From assembly GCA_965140705.1 (NCBI GenBank), contig OZ223300.1, positions 896,001 through 960,000 on the forward strand: a stretch of DNA of 64,000 nucleotides. Direction: 5' to 3'. This stretch comes from an uncultured Arcobacter sp. GTDB taxonomy: Bacteria > Campylobacterota > Campylobacteria > Campylobacterales > Arcobacteraceae. Of this stretch, positions 51,553-60,761 are shown piece after piece. The notes beneath the pieces are model-generated. The model worked only from the letters and a program-made list of their open reading frames with translations, was not told where the DNA came from and made no database searches. Each line of letters begins with the position of its first letter. Position 1 is the first letter of the stretch. The position numbers and the translations under genes were made by a program.

Positions 51553-51644
51553 ACTATATCTTCTTCCCATAAATTAATTTTTTATTTTTTATTTTTTGGG
51601 TATTATAGCAGATTAAAATAGAAAATATATTTATGGAGAGGTTA

Positions 51645-52130
51645 ATGGAAAAAGAACCAATGACAAATGTGGGGTATGAAAAAATTACAGGAGAATTGGA
51701 TTTTCTAAAAAGTACTGAGCGTCCTGAAACTGTTATTGCTCTTGAAGAAGCAAGACAATTAGGAGATTTAAAAGAAAATGCTGAATATCATGCTGCAAAA
51801 GAAAAATTAAAATTAATTGATGTACAAATTGCAGAACTTGGAGCAGTTCTTAGTAAAGCTGTAATTATTGACCCTAGCTCTTTACCTCACGATAGAGTTT
51901 CATTTGGTTCAACTATAAAACTAGTAAATGTAGATACTGATGAAGAGTATGAATACTCAATTGTAGGTGGTGTTGAATCTAATGCTGAAAAAGGAATGAT
52001 TTCTTTTAATTCACCTTTAGCTAAACAACTAATGGGAAAAGAAGAGGGTGATGAATTTAGTGCAACTTTACCAGGTGGTGTAAAAACATTTGAAGTCTTG
52101 GAAGTTTTTTATAAAGAACTTGAATTATAA
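51645..52130 (+). CDS. greA: Transcription elongation factor GreA
   Basis: GDLKENAEYHAAKE and IS.NSPLA. Start set at ATG 51645 (GGAG RBS). Confidence 0.97.
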   Translation: MEKEPMTNVGYEKITGELDFLKSTERPETVIALEEARQLGDLKENAEYHAAKEKLKLIDVQIAELGAVLSKAVIIDPSSLPHDRVSFGSTIKLVNVDTDEEYEYSIVGGVESNAEKGMISFNSPLAKQLMGKEEGDEFSATLPGGVKTFEVLEVFYKELEL

Positions 52131-52166
52131 TGTTTAAATTTAAAGCAAATTTGTCATATTTTACTT

Positions 52167-52868
52167 ATGTTTTCTAATATAAAAGAAAGTGCTATATTTG
52201 TTGCAGACTCTCATTTCAATGAAAAAAGGTCTCAACTTTTAACTTTTCTTGAAAAATTAAAATCCAAGGAGATAAAAACAGAACAACTATTTTTAATGGG
52301 TGATATGTTTGATTTTATCTCTGGAGAAAGTAATTATTTCATCAAAAGAAATAAAAAAGTAATCTCTTTAATAAATGAATTATCTCAAAATATTGAAATG
52401 ATATATTTAGAAGGTAATCATGACTATAATTTAAAAAATCTATTTCCAAATATAAAAGTATATAAAAGAGAATCTCAACCTATTTTTATGAACTACCAAA
52501 ATCAAGAAGTCGCCTTAAGTCATGGGGATATATTTGTAAATGATAAATTTTATGATTTATATTGTAAATTTATAAGAAATCACATCTTTTTACTTTTTAT
52601 GAATGTTATTGATTTTAAAAATTTTATCTCTAAAAAGATATATTATGGTCTCTTGGGGAAAAATATTTGTCATAATATAAAAAACTTTAAAGAAATTATT
52701 TCAAAAAGAGTTAAGCACTATGATGCAAAAATAATAATAGAAGGACACTTTCACCAAGGGAAAGAGTATATTATTGGTGAAAAAAGATATAAAAATATAC
52801 AATCTTTAACTTGTAGCAATGAATATGTAGTTTTAGTAAATAATGAATTTATAGGAATAAGTTTATGA
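52167..52868 (+). CDS. lpxH: UDP-2,3-diacylglucosamine diphosphatase (calcineurin-like phosphoesterase)
   Basis: ADSH, GDMFD, GNHD, HGD and GHFH motifs. Confidence 0.82.
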   Translation: MFSNIKESAIFVADSHFNEKRSQLLTFLEKLKSKEIKTEQLFLMGDMFDFISGESNYFIKRNKKVISLINELSQNIEMIYLEGNHDYNLKNLFPNIKVYKRESQPIFMNYQNQEVALSHGDIFVNDKFYDLYCKFIRNHIFLLFMNVIDFKNFISKKIYYGLLGKNICHNIKNFKEIISKRVKHYDAKIIIEGHFHQGKEYIIGEKRYKNIQSLTCSNEYVVLVNNEFIGISL

Positions 52869-53422
52869 ATAATCTAACTTTTTTATTAATTGTTTTTTTA
52901 ATTTTAATAGTAGTTTTTTTAATATCACTATTTTTTTATAAAACAAAAGTAATAAAAAGAGTTATAGGTTCATATCATAAAGAAGATACAAAAAAATATA
53001 TTAATACAAGACTTATAACTTTACCTTCATCATTTGATTCTTTAAGTAATAATACTTTGAGAGAAGAATCAAAAGAGTTATTTGAAATATTTAAGTTTTT
53101 GGATTATAAAAATAAACATGAAGAGTATGAAAAAAAATCTTGGCACTCTTGGCAAATAAGTTTTTTAGTTGCTATGTATAAAAGAGATTTGGAACTTTTT
53201 TTACCAACATGTCATGATGTTTTTCATGAAGAAGTACTAAAAGATAGTTTAGAAAATCTTCAAATATCACTAAAACAAATAATAGAAAAATATAAAAGAG
53301 AAGTACAAGTAAATAAATCAAAAGATGCCTTATCAAAACACTTAATATGGGAAGGTAAAGAAGTAGAAAGATTGATGTATTATTTGTATAAATATAAAAA
53401 CACTAGGAAGGATAAGTCATAG
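52865..53422 (+). CDS. Hypothetical membrane-anchored protein
   Basis: N-terminal TM helix; ATGA overlap with lpxH. Confidence 0.75.
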   Translation: MNNLTFLLIVFLILIVVFLISLFFYKTKVIKRVIGSYHKEDTKKYINTRLITLPSSFDSLSNNTLREESKELFEIFKFLDYKNKHEEYEKKSWHSWQISFLVAMYKRDLELFLPTCHDVFHEEVLKDSLENLQISLKQIIEKYKREVQVNKSKDALSKHLIWEGKEVERLMYYLYKYKNTRKDKS

Positions 53423-55392
53423 CAGAGTTTAAAGTTGAAAGTAAATATAGCCCAGCTGGAGATCAACCCCAAGCAATAGAAAAATTAAGCCAATCAATAC
53501 TTGCAGGTAATCAATATAATACACTACTTGGAGTAACAGGTTCAGGGAAAACCTATACTATGGCAAAAATCATAGAAAAAACTCAAAAACCAACTTTAAT
53601 AATGACTCACAATAAAACACTTGCTGCTCAATTATATAGTGAATTTAAACAGTTTTTCCCAAATAATCATGTGGAGTATTTTATCTCTTATTATGATTAT
53701 TACCAACCAGAAGCTTATATTCCAAGAAGCGATTTATTTATAGAAAAGGACTCTTCTATAAATGCAGAACTTGAAAGATTAAGATTAAGTGCAACAGCTT
53801 CACTTTTATCTTTTGATGATGTTATTGTAATAGCTTCAGTTTCAGCAAACTATGGTCTTGGTAATCCAGAAGAGTATAAAGCTATGGTTCAAAGGCTAGA
53901 AAAAGGATTTGAATACTCTCAAAAACAATTACTAATGAAACTTGTAGACATGGGTTATAAAAGAAATGATAAGTTTTTTGATAGATCAGATTTTAGAGTA
54001 AATGGTGATGTAATAGATATTTTTCCAGCTTATTGGGAAGATGAGTTTTTACGAATAGAGTTTTTTGGTGATGAGGTTGAAAGAATAACTAAACATGAAT
54101 ATATGACTAATACAAAGGTAAAAGAACTCGATGATGTTACTATTTATTCAGTTAATCCCTTTGTTGTGTCAAAAGATAGACTAGCAAATGCAGTAAAAGA
54201 GATTGAGAAAGAATTAGCTGAAAGATTAGAGTTCTTAAAGGCTAATGATAAGCTTGTGGAGTACCAAAGACTAAAACAAAGAGTAGAGTTTGATTTGGAG
54301 ATGATTGAAGGCACAGGTATGTGTAAGGGAATTGAAAACTATGCTAGACTTTTAACAGGGAAAGAACCTGGTGAAACTCCTTATTCTCTTTTAGACTATT
54401 TTGCACAAATAGATAAAGACTTTTTATTAATAGTTGATGAATCACATGTTTCATTACCTCAATTTAGAGGAATGCATGCAGCTGATAGAAGTAGAAAAGA
54501 AGTACTTGTTGAGTATGGTTTTAGACTTCCAAGTGCCTTAGATAATAGACCTCTTATGTTTGACGAATTTATAAATAAAGCACCATATTATCTTTTTGTA
54601 AGTGCAACTCCAAAAGAACTTGAAGTAGATATGAGTGCTGTAGTAGCTGAACAAGTTATTAGACCAACTGGATTATTAGACCCAATTATTGAAATAATGA
54701 ATAGTGAATATCAAGTTGAGAAGTTACACGATGAGATTAAGAAAATAGTTGCAAAAAATGAGAGAGTCTTAGTAACTGTTTTAACTAAAAAAATGGCAGA
54801 AGAACTTACAAGTTATTATGCAAATTTGGGTATGAAAATAAAATATATGCATAGTGAAATAGATGCAATAGAAAGAAATGAGATAATAAGGGGATTAAGA
54901 CTTGGTGAATTTGATGTACTTGTGGGAATCAATCTTTTAAGAGAAGGCTTAGATATCCCAGAGACTTCTTTAGTAGCTATACTTGATGCTGATAAAGAAG
55001 GATTCCTAAGAAGTAGAACTTCCTTAATTCAAACAATGGGAAGAGCTGCAAGAAATCAAAATGGTAAAGTAATTCTTTTTGCAAAAAAAATTACAGATTC
55101 TATGCAGTTTGCAATAGATACTACAAATGCAAGAAGAGAGAAACAAGAAGCATATAATAAAGAACATGGTATTACTCCAACCACAACTATTAGAACCCTA
55201 GATGAAACCTTAAAACTTGAAGAGTATGATGATTTAGCTTGGAAAAAAGATAAGCTAGAAAAAATGCCAGCAGCTGAGAGAAAGAAAATGATGATAGAGC
55301 TTAATAAAGCTATGACAAAAGCTTCAAGGGACTTGAACTTCGAAGAAGCAATTAGACTGCGAGATGAAATAGAAAAAATCAAAAAATTGTAA
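53419..55392 (+). CDS. uvrB: Excinuclease ABC subunit B, predicted ATA start (657 aa)
   Basis: The in-frame extension upstream of 53560 encodes PAGDQPQAI and Walker A GVTGSGKT. Also [17 protein letters not shown] and a C-terminal UVR domain. Confidence 0.96.
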   Translation: MAEFKVESKYSPAGDQPQAIEKLSQSILAGNQYNTLLGVTGSGKTYTMAKIIEKTQKPTLIMTHNKTLAAQLYSEFKQFFPNNHVEYFISYYDYYQPEAYIPRSDLFIEKDSSINAELERLRLSATASLLSFDDVIVIASVSANYGLGNPEEYKAMVQRLEKGFEYSQKQLLMKLVDMGYKRNDKFFDRSDFRVNGDVIDIFPAYWEDEFLRIEFFGDEVERITKHEYMTNTKVKELDDVTIYSVNPFVVSKDRLANAVKEIEKELAERLEFLKANDKLVEYQRLKQRVEFDLEMIEGTGMCKGIENYARLLTGKEPGETPYSLLDYFAQIDKDFLLIVDESHVSLPQFRGMHAADRSRKEVLVEYGFRLPSALDNRPLMFDEFINKAPYYLFVSATPKELEVDMSAVVAEQVIRPTGLLDPIIEIMNSEYQVEKLHDEIKKIVAKNERVLVTVLTKKMAEELTSYYANLGMKIKYMHSEIDAIERNEIIRGLRLGEFDVLVGINLLREGLDIPETSLVAILDADKEGFLRSRTSLIQTMGRAARNQNGKVILFAKKITDSMQFAIDTTNARREKQEAYNKEHGITPTTTIRTLDETLKLEEYDDLAWKKDKLEKMPAAERKKMMIELNKAMTKASRDLNFEEAIRLRDEIEKIKKL

Positions 55393-55524
55393 ATATAGGT
55401 TCATCTTTTGTTCAAACTCTACGTTGGATAGCAATTTTTAATGCTCACGTACTTTAGTACGCTCCGCTTAAAAATTTCTCTCCGCCTTGATTTTGAAAAA
55501 AATCTAAACCTCTATTTACAATTT
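55384..55524. repeat. ERIC-like palindromic intergenic element (MITE-like), about 141 bp
   Basis: Imperfect terminal inverted repeats of about 30 bp, with ERIC-like internal blocks CTACGTTGG, TCACGTACTTTAGTACGCTCC and CCGCCTTG. Confidence 0.75.
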
Positions 55525-55567
55525 AGCTATAAACTTATATTAATAAAAACACAATACAATTCTAACT

Positions 55568-56212
55568 ATGAAAAAAGCAACTAAAAAAGATATTGAAATA
55601 ATAAAAGAAGCCTTTGTTGAAAAATACTCTGATGCCGTTACAGAACTTTGTTATAAAAATGATTTTGAACTACTTATTGCAATTATACTGTCGGCTCAAT
55701 GTACGGATAAGAGGGTAAATATTATTACTCCTGCTTTGTTTGAGAAATATCCTACACCTTTTGATTTGGCTGAAGCAAGTCTAGAAGATGTGAAGGAGTT
55801 ATTGAAATCATGTTCATTTTTTAACAATAAATCACAAAATATCATTAAGATGGCTCGAAGTGTAGTTGAACTTCATGGGGGAGATATTCCCCATGATACA
55901 AAGGCACTGATGAAACTAGCTGGTGTTGGAAATAAAACGGCAAATGTATTTATGATAGAATCTGAGGGAGCTAACTTAATGGCTGTGGATACTCATGTAT
56001 TTAGAGTATCACATCGTTTAGGTTTAAGTGATGGAAAAACTGTTGAGCAAACAGAAGAACATTTGGTAAAAAAACTAAAAGGTGATTTACATATCTTTCA
56101 TCAAGCTATGGTATTATTTGGGAGATATACCTGTAAAGCAGTTAAACCTGAGTGTGATAATTGTTTATTCCCTCATGTTTGTAAGACAAAACAATCTTTT
56201 AAGCCTGCATAA
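55568..56212 (+). CDS. nth: Endonuclease III
   Basis: LSAQCTD, HhH LAGVGNKTA, VDTHVFR and C-X6-C-X2-C-X5-C. Confidence 0.97.
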   Translation: MKKATKKDIEIIKEAFVEKYSDAVTELCYKNDFELLIAIILSAQCTDKRVNIITPALFEKYPTPFDLAEASLEDVKELLKSCSFFNNKSQNIIKMARSVVELHGGDIPHDTKALMKLAGVGNKTANVFMIESEGANLMAVDTHVFRVSHRLGLSDGKTVEQTEEHLVKKLKGDLHIFHQAMVLFGRYTCKAVKPECDNCLFPHVCKTKQSFKPA

Positions 56213-56278
56213 TATAATTATCTAATTGTAACTTTAAATATAGTATCATTTAATTTTTTTATAATTAAAAGGTTTTAA

Positions 56279-57934
56279 ATGAGAAATTTTTATGTTTTTA
56301 AAGTATGTTTTATTATGTTATTCTTTATTGGATGTTCAAATACTTCAGTTAATGAATCTTCAAATTCTTCTGCTATTGAATCATCAAAAAGTTATTATAC
56401 AAAACTTCCTATATCTAATGAATACCTTTACGCCGTTAATTTATATAGAAATAATCGATTTAATGAAGCATTTAAAATATTTAAAGTTTTAGCACATAAA
56501 GGTGATCCTCTTGCACAAAACTATCTTGGAATAATGTATAAAAGAGGACAGGGAGTAAAACGAAATAATAGTAAGGCATTTTATTGGTATAAAAAAGCTG
56601 CTTTTTGGGGTGAAGCTGATGCCCAAAATAATCTAGGTTATTTTTATCAAACCATATTACACGATTATAAATCTTCTTTTTATTGGTATAAACTTTCTGC
56701 TAATCAAGGATTTCCTTTAGCTCAAAGTAATATTGGAACATCGTATTTATATGGGGAAGGTGTTGAAAAAGATGTAAATATGGCTTTAAAATGGTATGAA
56801 AAAGCAGTTAAGAATGGAAGTTCTAATGCCTTATATGCTCTTGGATTACTTTATTTTGAGGGAAAGTTTGTTCATAAGGACTATAAAAAGGCACTAGAAT
56901 ATCTAATGAAAAGTAAAGAATTAGGTTATGATAGAGCATATGTTTTATTAGGTGATTTTTATGAAAATGGCAAAATTGTTGAAAAGGATACAAAAAAAGC
57001 ATTTCAATATTATATGACAGCACATTTAAAAGGAAATGTAGAAGCAAAAATGAAGTTAGGACTTCTTTATTATTATGGGAAGGGAGTGAAAAAAGATCAT
57101 ATAGCTTCAATAGAGTTTTTTGAACAAGCTGCAAAATTTGATAATGTAAAATCATTATATTATTTAGGCTTAATTTATAAAGAAGAAAAAAATATAAAAA
57201 AAGCTTTAGAATATTTTGAAAGGGCATCTACAAAAGGTAGTATAAGTGCAAAAATTAACCTTGCAAATATTTATTATTTTAAGAAATATAATAATAGAGA
57301 CATAAAAAAAGCTGAAATGTTATATCAAGAGGTAGCTAATAAAACAAATAATCCAAATTTAATGCATGTGTTAGGGATTATTAATGAATTTTATTATAAA
57401 AAATTTACTCAGGCTTCAATTTGGTATCAGAAGGCTTCTGATTTGGGATATGAAAAATCACAATATAATTTGGGTGTAATGTATGAACGTGGATATGGAG
57501 TAATTAAAAATTATAAAAAATCTATAATGTTATACAGAAAAGCTGCATTGCAAGGGTCTTCTAATGCACAATATAATTTGGCAATGATGTATTATAAGGG
57601 GAAAGGTACAAAAATCGATTATGAAAAAGTTCAAAAGTGGCTTAAGAAAGCAGCAAATAAAGATAATGAAAGGGCAGAATATCTTTTAGGATATATGTAT
57701 TATAAAGGCATAGGTATGGAAAGAGATTATAATAAAGCTTATTCTTTATTTCAAAAAGCATCTAAACATAATGATGATAATGCAAATTATATGATTGGTA
57801 TAATGCATTATTATGGTTATGGAGTAAAACAAAGTAATAGTGAGGCAATAAAATGGTTAAAGAAGGTCAAAAGGAACAGTAAAAATGTTAAGTTAATGAT
57901 AGAGTTAATTCAAAAAAAAATTGATTTAATATAA
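56279..57934 (+). CDS. Sel1-like repeat lipoprotein
   Basis: Lipobox FIGC followed by roughly a dozen ~36-aa A..NLG.MY..G.GV....KA..WY.KAA repeats. Confidence 0.92.
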   Translation: MRNFYVFKVCFIMLFFIGCSNTSVNESSNSSAIESSKSYYTKLPISNEYLYAVNLYRNNRFNEAFKIFKVLAHKGDPLAQNYLGIMYKRGQGVKRNNSKAFYWYKKAAFWGEADAQNNLGYFYQTILHDYKSSFYWYKLSANQGFPLAQSNIGTSYLYGEGVEKDVNMALKWYEKAVKNGSSNALYALGLLYFEGKFVHKDYKKALEYLMKSKELGYDRAYVLLGDFYENGKIVEKDTKKAFQYYMTAHLKGNVEAKMKLGLLYYYGKGVKKDHIASIEFFEQAAKFDNVKSLYYLGLIYKEEKNIKKALEYFERASTKGSISAKINLANIYYFKKYNNRDIKKAEMLYQEVANKTNNPNLMHVLGIINEFYYKKFTQASIWYQKASDLGYEKSQYNLGVMYERGYGVIKNYKKSIMLYRKAALQGSSNAQYNLAMMYYKGKGTKIDYEKVQKWLKKAANKDNERAEYLLGYMYYKGIGMERDYNKAYSLFQKASKHNDDNANYMIGIMHYYGYGVKQSNSEAIKWLKKVKRNSKNVKLMIELIQKKIDLI

Positions 57935-58049
57935 TATCTTTATAAATGAGTATAGCTTATGAATAACTTCATAATAAAATATTATTTTGCATAGATAAGT
58001 AATTCAATTTATATATTATCTAAACTTTTTAAATGTTTTCAGTTTAATT

Positions 58050-58451
58050 TTATTGCTCTTTACACTCTTCAGTCCATTTATCAAAAATATATTCATCTTG
58101 GATTTTATTGATATTTACATTATTCGCAACACATAAATACTCTTTGCCATTCTTTTTAATTATATAAGTAAATTTATAAATATAGTGGTCTTTTGAAGAG
58201 ACAACTTTATTATTTAAAAGTTCACTTGAGAGTTTTAATATTTCTATATTATTCTCTTGTTTATACTTCTCTTTAAAAGCATTTGGGAAAAAATTCTCTT
58301 GATTTTTTTGATACATTGTAAAAACTAATATTACAATTATAATAATAGAAGATAAGATAATAATCTCTCTTTTTTCAAATTTATTATCAAGTTTGTAGAT
58401 AATAATTCCTATTAAAATAATAACTAGTATAATTCCTAAAAATATTTGCAT
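58050..58451 (-). CDS. Hypothetical membrane protein
   Basis: Two N-terminal TMs; AGGA RBS. Confidence 0.75.
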   Translation of the reverse strand: MQIFLGIILVIILIGIIIYKLDNKFEKREIIILSSIIIIVILVFTMYQKNQENFFPNAFKEKYKQENNIEILKLSSELLNNKVVSSKDHYIYKFTYIIKKNGKEYLCVANNVNINKIQDEYIFDKWTEECKEQ

Positions 58452-58474
58452 AATCTTTCCTATTTAATTTTTAT

Positions 58475-58720
58475 TTATGATAATTTACTTTGAATACTTT
58501 TTTTATAATCATCTTTTAGACTGATTGTAGCATTTATTGGTGCATTTGAAGAGCTTACTTTTCTTTTAACTACATTTTTGGGTACATATTTAAATGGTTT
58601 TTTACTTAATGCCTTTTTATCCACATCAATAGTAGATATAAGGTCACTTTTTATACTTTTTAATATCGTTAAAACAGTATCTAAATTTTTATCTTCAATC
58701 TCTAATGTAATTTTTGCCAT
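58475..58720 (-). CDS. Small hypothetical protein
   Basis: 81-aa ORF with GGA RBS, co-oriented with the next gene. Confidence 0.7.
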   Translation of the reverse strand: MAKITLEIEDKNLDTVLTILKSIKSDLISTIDVDKKALSKKPFKYVPKNVVKRKVSSSNAPINATISLKDDYKKSIQSKLS

Positions 58721-58869
58721 ATTTATTCCATAAATTTATTTTAGTATATCATATTTAGATTTATTATATTAAAATTTATGTTTATCATAATTAAATCAAC
58801 AAGTGAAAAATAACTTTTATTAAATTTATTAAATGTTAAACTATCTAAAAATAATAAATAAGGAAATAA

Positions 58870-60663
58870 ATGCAACACCAACATCTTACAGAAATTATGG
58901 CATCAATAATTATAGTTGGTATTGTCTTGCAATGGATAGGATGGCGTTTAAAAATTCCAGCATTGATACTTTTGATAATTGCTGGGATTGTTATGGGTCC
59001 ACTAACTGGTTGGATTAATCCAAAAGAAGATTTTGGAGATATCTTTCATCCCCTAATTTCACTTGGTGTTGCAATAATTTTATTTGAAGGTGGAGTAAAT
59101 CTAAAATGGCATGAATTCAAACAAAACTCACAAGTAATAAATCGTCTAATAACTTGGAATGTTTTAGCCACTTTTTCACTTGGAGCAATTGCTTCACACT
59201 ATCTTGTAGGATTATCTATTCCTGTGGCTTTAATTTTTGGAGGTATTGTAATAGTAACTGGTCCTACTGTAATTGGACCTTTATTAAAACAAGCGAACTT
59301 AAATAGACGACCAGCTGCACTATTAAAATGGGAAGGTATTATTAATGATCCTATAGGAGCTTTACTTGTAGTATTGATTTATAGTTATTATATGTTATCA
59401 CAAAGTGAAACTTTAGTAATTAATATAGTAATGGGTCTTGGATTAAGTCTTTTAGTATCTTTGATACTTGGTATTGGTATTGGTTTTCTTATTGCAGAAG
59501 CTTTTAAAAAAGGAAAAGTTCCTGAACACCTAAAATCGCCTATTATTTTAATTAGTATTTTTTTAGTTTATACTTTGGCAAATCTTGTTCAAAGTGAAGC
59601 TGGACTTATGGCAACAACAATATTAGGAATTACTCTTGCCAATCAGAAATTAAGCTCATTGGATGAATTAAGACGTTTTAAAGAGTATGTGACGATATTA
59701 CTTGTTTCAACTATATTTATTATGCTAACAGCTGATATTCAACCTGAAATATTACAAAGATTGGGTTGGCAAAGTTGGTTACTACTATTTTTAATAATAT
59801 TTGTATTTAGACCCTTAAGTGTTTATTTATCTACAATCAAAACTGATATAAATTGGAAAGAGAGATTATTTATAGCTTGGATTGCTCCAAGGGGTATAGT
59901 TGCAGCTGCAATTGCTGGTTTATTTAGTCCACAACTTATGGAAAGGGGTTATATTGGTGCTGAATTATTACTTCCTTTAGTATTTGCTTTAATTATTCTT
60001 ACTGTTGTTTTTCATGGATTAAGTATTGGTTGGCTAGCTAAAAAATTAGATTTAGCATCTAATCATCCTGATGGCTTGTTGCTAATTGGTGCATCACCTT
60101 GGAGTATTGCTCTTGCTAGTGAATTACAAAAAAATGAAATACCTGTATTATTAGTTGACAGTAATTGGGGAAATCTCAAACCTGCAAGAATGCAAAATAT
60201 TCCTACTTTTTATGGAGAAATTTTAGCAGAAAAAACTGAAGAAGTTTTAGAACTTTCTCATATAACTAAACTTCTTGCTTTGACACCAAACAAATCTTAT
60301 AATACCTTAGTTTGTTCACAATTCGCCCCAGAAATTGGTCAAAATAGTGTTTATGAAATAGCATGGCAAGAAAAAAATGAGAATAAAATTCCAAGTGAAA
60401 CAGTAAGAGGAACTACTCTTTTTGATTCTAAAATGTTTTATAATGACTTTATAAATAATTTTAATAATGGTTGGAAATTTCAAACAACATTGTTATCAGA
60501 TAAATTTACTTATGAAGATGCCATAAAAAACAATCCAGAGAATTCTTTAGTTATTGCTCTTATTACAAAGAGTGAGCATGTATTTGTTTATCCTTTTCAT
60601 GAAGAGAAATTAGACAAAGAATTAAAAGCACTTATTTTATTTACTCCTCCCAATAAAAATTAA
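58870..60663 (+). CDS. CPA1/NhaP-type cation:proton antiporter with C-terminal TrkA_N-like domain
   Basis: ILFEGG, TGPTVI, WEGIINDP, APRGIVAA and a Rossmann-like LLLIGAS tail. Confidence 0.92.
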   Translation: MQHQHLTEIMASIIIVGIVLQWIGWRLKIPALILLIIAGIVMGPLTGWINPKEDFGDIFHPLISLGVAIILFEGGVNLKWHEFKQNSQVINRLITWNVLATFSLGAIASHYLVGLSIPVALIFGGIVIVTGPTVIGPLLKQANLNRRPAALLKWEGIINDPIGALLVVLIYSYYMLSQSETLVINIVMGLGLSLLVSLILGIGIGFLIAEAFKKGKVPEHLKSPIILISIFLVYTLANLVQSEAGLMATTILGITLANQKLSSLDELRRFKEYVTILLVSTIFIMLTADIQPEILQRLGWQSWLLLFLIIFVFRPLSVYLSTIKTDINWKERLFIAWIAPRGIVAAAIAGLFSPQLMERGYIGAELLLPLVFALIILTVVFHGLSIGWLAKKLDLASNHPDGLLLIGASPWSIALASELQKNEIPVLLVDSNWGNLKPARMQNIPTFYGEILAEKTEEVLELSHITKLLALTPNKSYNTLVCSQFAPEIGQNSVYEIAWQEKNENKIPSETVRGTTLFDSKMFYNDFINNFNNGWKFQTTLLSDKFTYEDAIKNNPENSLVIALITKSEHVFVYPFHEEKLDKELKALILFTPPNKN

Positions 60664-60761
60664 ATTACTTTTTTATATTATTAATATTAATTTAAATATT
60701 AGAATTAACATAAAATTAACAGACATATATAATAATCTCTCTAAAATTAAAGGAGAGAGTA

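Noticed and set aside
53560..55392. ORF-track start of uvrB at ATG 53560
   Set aside because: It would delete the GDQP and Walker A motifs; the ATA at 53419 is preferred.
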